Shown here: positions 1 through 20,000 of the stretch, in pieces | Layout: each line of letters begins with the position of its first letter | Position numbering within the stretch: the stretch's first letter is position 1 | Source: Macrostomum lignano | Taxonomy: Eukaryota | Reading direction: 5' to 3' | Assembly (NCBI GenBank): GCA_002269645.1 | Contig: NIVC01001478.1 | Location: forward strand, 1 to 64,000 | Length of the DNA: 64,000 nucleotides | Program-made: the position numbers and the translations under genes | Notes under the pieces: generated by a model | Seen by the model: the letters and a program-made list of their open reading frames with translations, nothing else | Database searches by the model: none | What the model was told of the DNA's origin: nothing

Positions 1-30
1 TTATCGGCGCTACCTGTATCGAAGTTAACA

Positions 31-950
31 ATGTCTTCGACTACTGCACCAAGGCCTCTAAAGAAGACAGTGAGAATAGAAATAAATGAAGATGGAAGCG
101 AGCAAGTACTCCGGTGTTCGTCCTCGCGGCCATCTCTAATTCAAGATTCAAGGTACGGGCGTAGCTCCGATGCTGCTAGCGCTAGTTCTTTAAATAGAAC
201 TGACGTTCCTGTGGACCCCAGCGGAAATTATAATACTCAAATCGTGGATGCACTACTAACAGTAGCCAGCAAAGATTCTAGCAAAGCTCTTGCGCAGCCC
301 AATCCCGCGGCTCTGCGAGCAATCGGTTCTGCAGATGCAGACGCTGACGCAGCTCAAGGCTCTCTCGCTGAAACTGCCGAAGATGAACGGGCGTTGGCAA
401 GCCGGCCGGTTATCCCTACAGTCCGCCGTCGACCAAAGGTCGGCCGAGGAAATATCCATACAAGGACGGCAAGTACAAATGCAAAATGTGCGGCGTGAAA
501 TGCTCCAAGCCGAGCGTACTAGAGAAGCATATTAGGACACATACGAATGAACGACCCTATCCGTGCGAGACGTGCAACCTGTCCTTTAAGACCAAGAGCA
601 ACCTGTACAAGCACCTGAAGTCCAAGATGCACCGCACTCGCAATCCCGACGGTACAATAGGCGCCGAGCTGGCGCCTGGTCAATTCAACTCCAGCCTGGA
701 GGATGGGGAAGACAGCGACGACCAGACCATGGACGAGTCGGGGCACAATATTGACGTCACCAGCATGAGAGAGGAAGACGAAGAGGAAGAGGAGATGATG
801 GCCGAGGCTGAGCGCCAGCAGGCCGCCAGCGAGCTAGCCAGATTGGGCCGGGCGAATCAGCAGGCGTCCTTTGAGTCCGGCTTTGAATCGGCTGGGTCTC
901 GGATGGCGTCCTTTGAGAGCGGCGTCACCCGGCAGCACAGCTTCGATCTT

Positions 951-981
<31 letters not shown>

Positions 982-3900
982 TCCTCGATGGCGCTGGGCT
1001 CACATCCGGCTCGTTAGCCTCCGAGGTGTCCACAGCCGGTTTCCAATTTAATTTGCGCAATCATCAGCTCTATCAACAGCAGTTACAGTTGCAGGCTCAG
1101 CAGCAACAGCAGCAACAACTTGAGCAACAACAGCAGCAACAGCAGCAACAACAACAACAACAGCAACAACAACAACAGCAGCAGCAGCAAACAACAGGCT
1201 TGAATCTCTCTAGAGAGCAGCTGAATCAGCTAGCTGAGATTCTGAAACTGCTCACAAACGCATGCGGCACCTCGGGCAGCGATCAGGGAGGCGGCGCCGA
1301 CGGGATTTCTAGTTCTCAGACTGGTGTAAAACTAGAGTCGGAGCCTCCGCCCAGCATTAATCTGACCTTGAACCCAAGCTTCAGCTTGCCTGTCGGCTCT
1401 GCTGCCGGCTCTGCCGTGCCTCAGTTCGACGTCGATGCAGGCAGGAAGTCCTTGAGCAGCTTCTCTGGCTTCCAGCAGCAGTCCAGCTCTATTAGCCTTA
1501 CCAGCGCAGCTAAGCCTGTAACATCGGCCAGCATGTTCGACAGCTTGCAGCTTCAAAACCACGACATCAACCTGCAGCTGCTTCAAGGATTGGCAGGATT
1601 CAAGCAGGAACCATTTTCTGCGGCTATGTCTCAGAGTATTAGTTCTACGCTTAACCTTATGGGACGCCAGCAACATCAACAACAGCAGCAGCAGCAACAG
1701 CAACAACAACAACAACAACAACAATCGAATCTGGTTCTCTCGTCGCTTGGCTTTCAGCAGCCCCAGCAACAGCAGCAGCAGCAACAACAGCAGCCGCAAC
1801 AGCAGCAGCAGTCAATGACAGTCGGTGTGCTGACCTTAAACCAGGCCGGCGGCAATCCAGTCCAGGTGCCAGTAAAGATTGACAGCTCAATTCTACAGCA
1901 GCTGCAGGTGTCCGGTTCGGGTCAGCTGCAGGCGCAGGGACTCACCTTGTCCTCGGCTCTGCCAGTGAGTATTCAACAGCAGCAGCAGCAGCAGCAGGCC
2001 GGAATAGTTGGCATGGGTCTTCCGGTGCAGCCAGCTGATTGTGAGTTGAGTCCTCAGATTTTCGATTTTTGATGTTTAAAAAAACAGTTCCCTGAAGGAT
2101 CAGTAGGGATCAGCTCCCACTGACTGACTGAAGGATCAGTAGGGATCAGTTCCCACTGACTGACTGAAGGATCAGTAGGGATCAGTTCCCACTGACTGAC
2201 TGAAGGGTCAGTAGAGATCAGTTCTCAATTAATGATTCGGCTTTTCCATAATTTCCTCAATTCAGCGGCACCTCTCGGGCCGAAGTCGGCAGCGGTGGCG
2301 GCGGCAGTGGCAGCGCGCGCAGCAGCCAGGAGATGCAGGCGGCGCAGACCATACTGGAGATGGCCAGCCGGCAGCAGGCGGCCGCTTCAACCGGTAGCGG
2401 CGCGGGCCTTCAGCTGTTGATGCCGAGCGAGCAGGTGCAGGCTAACCAGAGCCAGGTGTTGAGCGAGCAGCTGCAGCAGCAACTGCAACAACAGCTGCAA
2501 CAGCAAACTCAGCAGCAGCAACAGCAGCGCACTATTCAAATAATGCAGCAATCAGCTGAGCAGAAGCTGCCTATGCAGTCAGTGCCGTTAGACTCGAAGA
2601 GTTTGCGCATTCAAAGCCTGACGCTGCCCGACGAGTTGGGGCAGCAGCAGCTGGTGCAGACTATAGCCAGCCAGCCGGCCGCGCCCGCTGGTAAGAGCAA
2701 TATTAGTGATTAAGACGTTAAAATCGAAAGTTTTCAGATCGCCTTGATTTCTCTCTCTAACAGGCGAGCCGACCTTCATAGCGCCGCGGTCGACTGTTGG
2801 CAAGCCGCTGCTTCTGTCCAAGTCCCTCGATTTAGGCGGTGCATCGGGCGGCGGCGGCGGTGCCGGCAGCCAGCAGAAGCGGAAGCCGCCAAAGCTGGAA
2901 CTGCTGGGCAAGAGCAGCTCAGTTGATTTGGAGTCACCGCCGCCGCACGGTCAGTTCAGGCAGGCGCTCAGCCTGGACTGCGACAGGCCGCCTAGCGGAG
3001 GCGTGAAAGCTATTCTCAAGAGTCACATACTCAAACGGTCGCTCAGCTCGGACAAACAGGCCGAGGAGGAGAATGGCATCGGCAACGGTACGGTGAAGAA
3101 GCAGCGTACAGACTTTGGCGAGCAGCAGCAGCAGCAGCAGGAGCAGCAAGCCAGGTTGCGCTTCACCACCGATGAAACCTACTGCTGCACTACCGCCAGC
3201 CTGTCCTCGCCGGCTGTTGTACCAAGTAGCGGCGTCAGCGTTGTCGGCCTGGTTAACATGTCGAGCCAGGTGCAGCAGCCGCAGTCGGCCGCCCACAGCC
3301 TCATCGCCACCTTGCCGACGTCCAGTTCCGCGTCAGCCGGCGCTGTTGTCAGTACCACTTCAACCACAGCCTCGAAGCCGCACGCCGAGGTTCGAATCTT
3401 CAAAGGCGGCCTGCTGTCGCCGAACGAAGGCGAGGTGTACGTGAGAGGCCGCGGCCGGGGCAAGTACAAGTGCGAGATGTGCGGCATCCGCTGCACGAAG
3501 CCCAGCATGCTGAGAAAGCACATCAGGACGCACGCCGAGATTCGCCCGTTCCTGTGCCGGCACTGCAAGTTCTCCTTTAAAACCAAAGGGAATCTGACCA
3601 AGCATATGAAGTCCAAGCAGCATATGGTGCGCGCTAAGCTTCTTTTTTTATTGTATCCTATTGTTTCCCATTAGTCAATAGGATTTTGGTACCCCAGAGA
3701 GGCTCGATTTGATTGAACGCTGAAATCCCAAAGAAATTTGCCGCCTTTTTGGTCTTATGATAGGAAGTTACAAGTTGCACAAAAAGATCACAGTGCCCTT
3801 TATTTTCCTTTAAGTCCGTCTCCGCACGAGATGCCTTTTAATTAGTGAATATCACGGATTTCTCCAACAGCCTTCGAAATAAAGTGCGCCTGTCTACCTG

Positions 3901-6351
3901 AATTATTAATAAAAGAAGCTGGCAGACGTGCCGAAAAGAGCAGCGATTCCAATCTGGCTAAAATACAAAGTTTGCGCTGCATGAACTCGATTCGATGACT
4001 AGCAGACTAGATGGAGGTAAATCACGGATGCGGCCAGGCTTGAGTTGAGAGAAGTTATGAAGCTCATCGACATTTTCTCACCTGCACCAGGATAAAAAAA
4101 TTAATTTAGCAAACGTTGCCCATCTTGCTTATCGCCCGACCGGCCTAAAATCAAGGATCTGAAATTCTGATGTCACGCCCACGCTGTGTGCATAGAATTG
4201 CACTGTTTGCTGCCTGTCTGCCTTTAGCAGTTCTTTGATTAGTACTTTTATTTGGTGATAGAATTAATTGTGCGCAAAAATAACATCCGGTATTTTTGGA
4301 TCACAGATCAGGATGGGGATCGGAGATGTTGGGATAGAATGCAGATCCCGGATCAGGATGGGGATCAGAGATGTTAGGATGAGATGCAGATCCCGGATCA
4401 GGATGGGGATCAGAGATGTTCTGTTAGGATGGGATTCAGATCCCGGATCAGGATGGGATCAGAGATGTTAGGATGGGATGCAGATCCCTTCCAGACAAAC
4501 CTTGTGTTAGAACTAGATCCTGAGTTCATTTCAGCGGCAAAACCCCCAAAACCCACCGACAGATTCGCTGCCTGAACCTCGGCATGAGCAAGGACTCCGT
4601 GCCCACCGAGATCGAGGAGAACAGCCAGGTGGACCAGGCGGCCCTGAAAGCGCAGCAGAAGCTTATCAAGGAGGGCCAGCTGAACGAGGAGGACTTGAAC
4701 GATGACGAGGGCGTGCCAGACGGGGACGATTCCGGCGACGAGGATGACTCGGCCTCAGCTGCCGCCGAAGTCGCAGTGGACGACAGCGTGGAGACGTCCG
4801 CCAAGCAGATGGTGTCTACGTACAACAAGTCGCTGAAGGACAAGGTGCAACACAACCTCAACCAGATCACCGCTGCCGAGCGCCGCCGACAAGAGGAGAA
4901 ATCGACCGCCGGCAACCCCGGCAGCGACGCCGCCGCTCTGCTGTCGCATTTGAACAAGTCCTCCCAGGATGTCAAGAAGCTGCTGGACTCCACGTCTTCG
5001 GCTACAACCGATGCCGCCGCCTCTGCCGCCACCTCCATCGAATCTTCAGCGACCTCCTCCGGCCTGGTGCCGCCCAACGTCAACGTGTCGCTGCTGGTGC
5101 AGGATCGGCCGCTCAACCTCAGCTCAGGTCAGGCTGCGGAGAGTCAGATGCAAGCGGCGGGTCCGTTTGTGGGGGGGAGGTCAGTTGATCCCCCTTGACA
5201 CCTCGAGGGCCTTGATCCCGGATCCCCAGCATGGGTCATGTCGCAGGACTGAGAATAGCTCAGCACGTTTCAATTTTTGCTGCGATTTCCCATTGAAAAT
5301 TAACTAGGTAAAAAGTAGATTCATCCCACCCAAGAAGTTCACTAGCCAGCATTCGCCATCATCCGCAGGCAAGACGCAGCTGCAGCTGGCGGACAAAGCG
5401 GCCGCCTCCACTGCGTCGGCCATCCCGGACAAGCTGAGGAAGATCCGCTTCGACGATGCCAACGGAGCCAACGGGGCGGGCGGACCCGACGGTCGCAGAG
5501 CTTCGCCAGCTCGGGACGGTGCCAACGCGGCTGCTGACGCCGCCAACGAATCCGCCACCGCCGGTTCGTCATCGCGTCAATCCGTCGAAGACGCCGACGA
5601 GGACGATAACGAGGAAGCGGCCGGAGATGCCGCCTCGGACCCGATGGCCAGCCTGCAGAATGACCGGCCCGCGCACGCCAGCAGCAGCCAGGCCGCCACC
5701 TCGGCCGCCGTCGGTATCAGCAGTGTTGCCGGCGACGCCGCCGCCACCGCCGCAGCCGCCGCAGTAGCAGCGGCCACCGCGGCAGCCACAGCCGTGACGT
5801 CCACGGGCGGCCGGCCGCAGTGCCCGGTGTGCAAGTGCACCTTCGACCAGCCCAGCCAGCTGTCGCTGCACCTGAAGACGCACCAGTTCGCCAGCGATAC
5901 TGGCGCTCTGGCAGCCGAGGTGGCCACCGCTTCGGTCGCCGACTCGGCCGCGCCCGGCATCGGCGACATCAGCGACAATCCGCGCCCGTTCGCCTGCCTG
6001 GTGTGCCCGCGCAACTTCCGGGTGCCGGGCCACCTGGCAAAGCACTTCCGGTCCAAGCAGCACGCCAAGGGCCTGCTGACGGCCGGCAAGATGGCCGAGG
6101 CCACCTACCAAGCCATCGAGGCCGGCCGCCTGAACCTCAGCGAGGTTGTTGATCAGGATAGCGGGGAGGTCGTCGGCGGCGCAGCCTCCGTAGCTTCATC
6201 AGCTGGTCCAGCCGTCTCAAGCGTAGCCGCCGCCGCCGCCGCGGTGCCAGCCGCTGTGGTAGCAGCGGCGGCGACCCGTTCGATTGACCTAGACGACTCC
6301 GACCAGGAAGAGTCGGACAGCCAGCAGCTGGGCAAGATCGGCAGCAAGTGA
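31..6351 (+). CDS. shn: Schnurri / HIVEP-family multi-C2H2 zinc-finger transcription factor (spliced)
   Basis: Two ZAS-type finger pairs: [51 protein letters not shown] (from 480) and [59 protein letters not shown] (about 3450-3626), followed by an acidic tract. C-terminal fingers CPVC..HLKTH (5821) and [23 protein letters not shown] (about 5995) match the Schnurri type. Proposed exons: 31-152 (tentative), 422-2040, about 2266/2286-2690, 2764-3626, 4563-5127, 5369-6351. The last three introns are GT-AG and phase-consistent; the first two junctions are less certain. Confidence 0.9.
2092..2222. repeat. 36-bp intronic tandem repeat (about 3.6 copies)
   Basis: CTGAAGGATCAGTAGGGATCAGTTCCCACTGACTGA recurs at 2092, 2128 and 2164. 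Confidence 0.9.
4300..4490. repeat. About 40-bp intronic tandem repeat
   Basis: GATCCCGGATCAGGATGGGGATCAGAGATGTTAGGATG-like unit, about 4.5 copies, in the shn intron 3627-4562. Confidence 0.85.
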
Positions 6352-7684
6352 CCGCTGATGCACACTTCTCTACCTCTGCTGCCGCTCTGCAGACAAACTT
6401 GTTCAACGCAGGCATCTCGACTTGTCTACTAATTTGTCGACTTGTCGTGCCTTCGCTGTTGTGTAAAAAATGGTTAACTCGTCACTCTTGTTTGAGATGC
6501 CGCCCAGTCCCCCTTCCCCTACCGGAGTACCTGCGTCAGTCAGGCTTGTTATTTTTTTAGTGACCGCACTCACCTGTCTTTTATTATCTATTGTTAATTG
6601 ATGTCTAGGCCAGCACGGTACATTTCAGTGAATTGAAGTTTTTGGACAGCGCTATTTTTTCACTATTTTGACAGACATACAGACAGAGCTCCCAGCGCTG
6701 TATTTACCCCTACTATAATAATTAGTTGTCCGCCGCTCGCTCAGTGCTAAACGATAAATTAACTCTATATTATATTTACTCTTTGATTGCTTTCTTTCGT
6801 CCGCCCGCCCGTCCGAACGTGCCTCACTGTTATCATTTTGTTTGCGCGTACTTTGTGTACTTTTAATAATCGCGTTACATTCTCGGGGTGCCGTAAACGC
6901 CCAAGCATGTCTTAAGCGGCATTGTTTGCTTCATTATTTGCTAAATAATATTATATTCCACGCGTGTGCAGATCCCCAGTAACAGGTTTATAAAGCGTCG
7001 GTGTTGTCAAAACAAAAATGAATATTGCTAGGCAAATAATAACAGTTTCTCTCGATATACGAGATGATGGCATTGCACTGGCAGCTCTGATTGAATAACA
7101 TTGCTCCTCCGTCATCCCAATGTCCCATGAGAACCTGGCGCAACACATTATATTGCTTATCTCTTGTTTATCCAGTTAAGGATTATAGCCACCGCCTGCG
7201 AATGATTTGTTTGTTAAAAATTAAAATATAATTATGCTTTTTAAGCAGAACGAACTGTTCGTCAGGCTCTGTTCCTGTGCCTCAGGGTAAATTCAGTAGA
7301 TAAGGATTTTCGGAACCTAATTAAATAATGGAACACCTGAATTGAAGAGGTGCGAGACACTATGCTGCTGTTCCGGCGAAATCGATTCGCACAGCCGCAC
7401 AAACTTGGCGCTGCAGGTTGCTAAAAATACGTGAAACTAACTAGCGATTCCAGTAGAGAAGAAATGTTAGTAAGGCGGTCCTCCGCACCGATTTAGACTA
7501 TGCAAATTGCAGCTGAGATTCAGCCGTGCTAAATTTATAACCTAAAATGGGGCCAAGCGATACTGCGCAGCTCTCACGTTTTTGGTGTTCGATCTTGAAT
7601 TTTTGTAGTACCACATGTAGCTCTCTGTAGCCTGTGGCATAGTGCTGCAGCAACTCTGGGGATAGGGCGGTGCTGGCATTGGCC

Positions 7685-8140
7685 TGAAGCTGCCACTCTG
7701 CCCAGTGTATCAGTAGGCTGCCACTTTGCCCAGTGAATCAGTGGGCTGGCACTCTGCCTAGTGTATCGATCAGTGGGCTGCCAATCTGCCCACTGTATCG
7801 ATCAGTGGCTGCCACCACTGTCCAGTGTATCGATCAGTGGGCTGCCACTCTACCCAGTGTATCAGTGGGCTGCCACTCCACTTTGCCCAGTGTATCAGTG
7901 GGCTGCCACTCCACTCTCTCCAGTGTATCAGTGGGCTGCCACTCCACTCTGCCCAGTGTATCAGTGGGCTACCACTCTGCCCACTGTATCGATCAGTGGC
8001 TGCCATCACTGTCCACTGTATCGATCAGTGGGCTGCCACTCTACCCAGTGTATCAGTGGGCTGCCACTCCACTTTGCCCAGTGTATCAGTGGGCTGCCAC
8101 TCCACTCTCTCCAGTGTATCAGTGGGCTGCCACTCAATGC
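7685..8140. repeat. Minisatellite between the shn and pyruvate kinase 3' ends
   Basis: Repeated CCAGTGTATC(GATC)AGTGGGCTGCCACTC units of about 27-33 bp; explains the ORFs at 7733-8153. Confidence 0.9.
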
Positions 8141-9485
8141 AGTAGGTAAATAGACAGTGAAGAACATGAAATCAAGTAGAAAACAAGAGCAACACAGGTA
8201 GAATTTGCAATAGTAAGAGGGTAGATAGATCTGCAGCTGCAGGTACTAAAAAAATCTGGGTAGAGTGCAGACACACTGCACTATTATTTATTTATTCTAC
8301 TCCTAATTAAGCTAATTAATTGTGCATAAATAAAAATTTTCCCACCAGAGCAGGTAGTCGGGGAGGATGACGCAAGAACGAATATGGGTTATAGAGAAAA
8401 AAACTAATTTCAAAAGAGGACGAAAACGAATGTGAGAAATGAGGATCTACAATTCAATCTGGCTACTGAGTAGTTACTATTGTATCAAATTTGGGCCTGC
8501 GATGACTAAATAAGCTGGGCTTATGTGACGGCAAAAAGCGCAGATGGAAACTAATAATAATAATAACTAATATTAATACATGCATGGCTATGATAGTGTG
8601 ACAGAATCCGCCCAGCCTACTGATGGTGAAAAACCGCCTCGTAGAAAAATATGCGTTTCACACTACTCTGCTAAAAAAGCGCAGCAGTAGTAAAAATAAA
8701 TATTACGGAAAAACGACTGGACAAAAAATCTAACATACAAGGTGGGCATGAAGGGTGAAAACTTCGATACAGACAAATATTCACTACAAATAATAAAAGT
8801 CTGCGGGACAAAAAACTAACATTAAATAGTAGATATAATCAGAGCTGTTCGTTAATGGCGCTTTGTTAATTCCACAGGTTCTAAAATAACTAGATGGGCC
8901 ACTCAGGCATATATACTTAGCAAAACAGCTTTCTACTTTCAGTTCAGTAGCAAAAAAGAATACATAAGCTATTTTATAAAAATAAAGACAGCTAAAATAA
9001 CTTTGATAAGTTTAGAAGCCCAAGCTTGCAGGCGTAAACAGCTTGCTAATTGGTTCAGCAGTAATGTACATTAGCCAGTCCAATGAAATGTACATAGCAG
9101 CTTTAGGCTGGAATTCCGAGAAAGGCAATAAAATTGGGGCGGGGCGAGGGGGTAGTGTGGAAAGGCGCGGTTGGAGGGTTTACTGTAAGAGCTAATAATT
9201 GAGCCTTGGCTTTAAAAATACATAAAAATGCTTCTGTTTAACTTACTACTGAATTGAAAGTAGCTTGCACGCAAACGTGTTGAGTGGCCCATCTAGTTAC
9301 TCTAGCATCCGTGATTAAATCAAAGTGAGAGAAAACTAAATTTAGCAAAGCCGCCAGTTTAAAGGTTATATATAACTCAAAAACAAAGCGAGCACACGAG
9401 ACACTAAGAAAACTAATCGATTTAGTTTCAGTTTTACTTTCCGAAATCACAAAATCCTTCGGCATCCAGCAATTTCGAAAGCTGC

Positions 9486-13111
<3,626 letters not shown>

Positions 13112-13297
13112 TTAGCTTGCTAGAGTTTTAGATGGCAGTCAAATTTGCTTAGCTGGTGCAGCTGGCGCGCTGAAAATTCAATTGGGAGGGGGCGGGATGG
13201 TAGTAATCAATTATTGAAATATCTGTTTCAACTACTGCAAGTAGTAATTGAGACCATGCAAAGTTGCTGATCTAAACTCTATGCTAATTATAACTTT

Positions 13298-13640
13298 GCC
13301 GTGGAAGTTTTAGCCTAGTGGTTAGAGCGTTTGACTCACGACTGAAAGGTCGGTGGTTCGATTCTCGGCCCACTTAGTCCTTGAGCAAGAGCCTTGACAC
13401 TGCATTGCTTCAGTTCACCCAGCTGTAAAATGGGTGCCAAAATTAGCTGGGGTAATTGAGGGTGTGTGTGGCGACCCCCCCCCCCCCAGTCCTTGGACTG
13501 AACAGCCGTACGCAGCCTTTGCAATAGCTGCGGCCGAGCTGTCGGTTGCACATCTTCCAATTAGGGCAGGTGTAATAAAAAATCTATTAGGATGCTGTAG
13601 GGGTCGCTGGAAGGTCACATTGATTGGATCGCAGCTACCC
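13298..13640 (+). mobile_element. tRNA-derived SINE with a conserved-type central domain
   Basis: tRNA-like head AGCCTAGTGGTTAGAGCGTTTGACTCACGACTGAAAGGTCGGTGGTTCGATTCTCGGC with A-box and B-box. It is followed by TCCTTGAGCAAGAGCCTTGAC..TGCTTCAGTTCACCCAGCTGTAAAATGGGTGCC, which resembles the CORE/Nin-type SINE central domain. The 3' boundary is approximate. Confidence 0.7.
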
Positions 13641-14454
13641 TGTAGATGAGAGAAAACGGAAAGCACTACCCGAGACAGAAATCAGAAACAGTAAATAGTT
13701 TTATTTAAAGTCCACGACACGCCAAGAAGCAGCATAGTTCGGCATAGAACTCGGGCCTACGAGTAGATTACAAGCAGTCATGCTAAAAAAGTACAAAAGA
13801 CTTTATCGTTCTATTTCGATAAAAACACCGCTTACAACCAACGAAAGTAAATGCACAGGCGCATTTTACTTCCACTATAAATAAGTGTAGTAATTATCCT
13901 AATGAATGCTTTACTCAGAAAAAATTAGTTAAATAAAAGAATGGTACAATACAATGGTAATAAAAACTCTCGGTATTGGACTTACCAAGTAATTGAATTA
14001 CAGTATTTTAACGTCAAACTTATTTGAGTACAGCTCAGATGCTTAGTTTCTCTGTATGCTCATAATAATGAAATAATGAAATATACTGTCTAATTATGAG
14101 TGTATTAACAGCAAACTCTACAGACTAGCATAAGCTATGAAACAACAGTGATAAATTATAGCCATAGATAAATTATTAATTCGATTCTTTATTGGAAACG
14201 GCCTTGTCTGAATTATAAATAGAAACGCCTTAAGCGAGTCAAGGCAACGCCTCAATCAATAAAGAAAATTAAATCTGAGATCAGTAAATGGTTCAAACAG
14301 AAACACATATAGGAAATATATATTCATATAGGAAAATCAGCAGATAGAATTGGAATAATAGTCAGGTTTGGCACTAGGCTATACTGGATGTAATTTAACA
14401 CTGTGTGCTGCTGCTGCTGCTGGCATTACAGTCTGAAAACTCTTCACTGACTAC

Positions 14455-14870
14455 CCATCAGATACCACCTGACAATCTATCAGATGGTGTCTGACAAACT
14501 TTTAGATAATGTCTGACAGACCTCCAGATAATGTCTGACAGCCCTCCAGATGGTGTCTGACAACCTTTCAAATGGTGTCTGACAACCTTTCAGATGGTGT
14601 CTGACAACCTTTCAGATGGTGTCTGGCAACCTTTCAGACGGTGTCTGGCAACCTTTCAGACGGTGTCTGGCAACCTTTCAGACGGTGTCTGGCAACCTTT
14701 CAGACGGTGTCTGGCAGCCCTCCAGATATTGTCTGACAACCTATCAGATGGTGTCCGACAACCTATCAGATGGTGTCTGACAGCCTTTCAGATATTGTCT
14801 GACAATCCTTCAGATAGTGTCTGACAATCCTTCAGATAGTGTCTGACAAACCTTCAGGTAGTATCTGACG
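14455..14870. repeat. 22-bp minisatellite
   Basis: GTCTGACAACCTTTCAGATGGT units. Confidence 0.92.
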
Positions 14871-15289
14871 AGATTTATATGATCTACAAGGGGAATCTTT
14901 TAGACGGCTCCTTGTCCTTGACCTGGATCTCCTTACATTGAAAAGCTTTAGGCAATGATTAACATTAAGTACAGAAGAAATATAGGAACAAGTTAAACAT
15001 TAGTAGAACAAGAACAGAAACAAATTACAATAAAACAAGGCACAGAAAATCGGTGTAGGATTAACAAGTAAAGATGGTGAAAGCATCATTCTATCAAAAC
15101 GAATTTACTCTAGATCTTAGACAGTATGGAATAAAACTAAAACACGGCACGAAATCTAGGCTAGAAAAGTTCACAACAGACAGTGCAAAAAGGCTGAGCA
15201 CACGTACCCGATGGATCCCTAGCTAAACAAAAAACGGATGGTTGGCAGAGGAAAGACAAAGGTGGGACTTAAGAGTCACAAATATCCCC

Positions 15290-16160
15290 ACAGTGGAGTC
15301 ACGGATTTCCCCATGGTGGAGTCGCGGATTTCCCCATTGTGGAGTCACGGATTTCCCCATAATGAAGTCACGGATTTCCCCATACTGGAGTTACGGATTT
15401 TCTCATTGTGGAGTCACGGATTTCCTCATAGTGGAGTCACGGATTTCCCCAAAGTGGAGTCACGGATTTCCCTATAGTGGAGTCACGGATTTCCCCATAC
15501 TGGAGTTACGGATTTCCCCATAGTGAAATCGCGGATTTCCCCATAGTGGAGTCGCGGTTTTCCCCATTGTGGAGTCACGGATTTCCACATAATGAAGTCA
15601 CGGATTTCCCCATTGTGGAGTCGCGGATTTCACCCTAGAGGAGTCACGGATTTCCCCATACTGGAGTTACGGATTTTCTCATTGTGGAGTCACGGATTTC
15701 CCCATAGTGGAGTCACGGATTTCCCCATAGTGGAGTCACGGATTTCCCTATAGTGGAGTCACGGATTTCCCCATACTGGAGTTACGGATTTCCCCATAGT
15801 GAAATCGCGGATTTCCCCATAGTGGAGTCGCGGTTTTCCCCATTGTGGAGTCACGGATTTCCACATAATGAAGTCACGGATTTCCCCATTGTGGAGTCGC
15901 GGATTTCACCCTAGAGGAGTCACGGATTTCCCCATACTGGAGTTACGGATTTTCTCATAGTGGAGTCACGGATTTCCTCATAGTGGAGTCACGGATTTCC
16001 CCATAGTGGAGTCACGGATTTCCCTATAGTGGAGTCACGGATTTCCCCATAGTAGAGTCACGGATTTCCCCATAGTGGAGTCACGGATTTCCCCATAGTG
16101 GAGTCACGGATTTCCCCATAGTGGAGTCACGGATTTCCCCATAGTGGAGTCACGGATTTC
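15290..16160. repeat. 23-bp minisatellite
   Basis: GTGGAGTCACGGATTTCCCCATA repeated about 37 times; the variant TAGTGAAATC recurs at 15521 and 15797 (276 bp, 12 units apart). Confidence 0.95.
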
Positions 16161-16227
16161 TCTATTCTTGTGCTTTAGGGACTCAAAACTTGGCAATCAA
16201 GAGCTCAGCAAATTGCTTATGAATCGA

Positions 16228-19270
<3,043 letters not shown>

Positions 19271-19394
19271 GCCGACAGTTGGCTGCAGTGCAGAGGAGAT
19301 AAGCGAGTCTGAGAGTGCCGAATTCAAAAGTAGATAAACAGCGAGCAGGGGGCGTCATCACCAGGGGGACTTTTGCTACAGGGCGTTAAAGATG

Positions 19395-20000
19395 AGTGCC
19401 TCAGGCGTTAAATTGGGTGTCTGAGGCGTCAAAATGAGTGCCTATGGTGCCAAAATGAGTGCCTCAGGCGCTAAATTGGGTGTCTGAGGCGTCAAAATGA
19501 GTGCCTATGGTGCCAAAATGAGTGCCTCAGGCGCTAAATTGGGTGTCTGAGGCGCCAAAATGAGTGCCTATGGTGCCAAAATGAGTGCCTCAGGCGCTAA
19601 ATTGGGTGTCTGAGGCGTCAAAATGAGTGCCTATGGTGCCAAAATGAGTGCCTCAGGCGCTAAATTGGGTGTCTGAGGCGCCAAAATGAGTGCCTATGGT
19701 GCCAAAATGAGTGCCTCAGGCGCTAAATTGGGTGTCTGAGGCGTCAAAATGAGTGCCTATGGTGCCAAAATGAGTGCCTCAGGCGCTAAATTGGGTGTCT
19801 GAGGCGCCAAAATGAGTGCCTATGGTGCCAAAATGAGTGCCTCAGGCGCTAAATTGGGTGTCTGAGGCGTCAAAATGAGTGCCTATGGTGCCAAAATGAG
19901 TGCCTCAGGCGCTAAATTGGGTGTCTGAGGCGCCAAAATGAGTGCCTATGGTGCCAAAATGAGTGCCTCAGGCGCTAAATTGGGTGTCTGAGGCGCCAAA
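19395..20000. repeat. 63-bp tandem repeat built from three 21-bp subunits
   Basis: GGCGCCAAAATGAGTGCCTAT / GGTGCCAAAATGAGTGCCTCA / GGCGCTAAATTGGGTGTCTGA; period 63 (CCTAT at 19441 and 19504), about 9.5 copies. Confidence 0.95.

Noticed and set aside
1332-6415. Many antisense and alternative-frame ORFs over the shn exons (also over PK, Sestrin and the qRRM gene)
   Set aside because: Expected shadows of GC-rich, CAG-repeat coding sequence; no independent motifs.
13311-13372. Possible tRNA-Val(CAC) gene
   Set aside because: No convincing acceptor-stem pairing or oligo-T terminator, and it continues into a SINE-type body.
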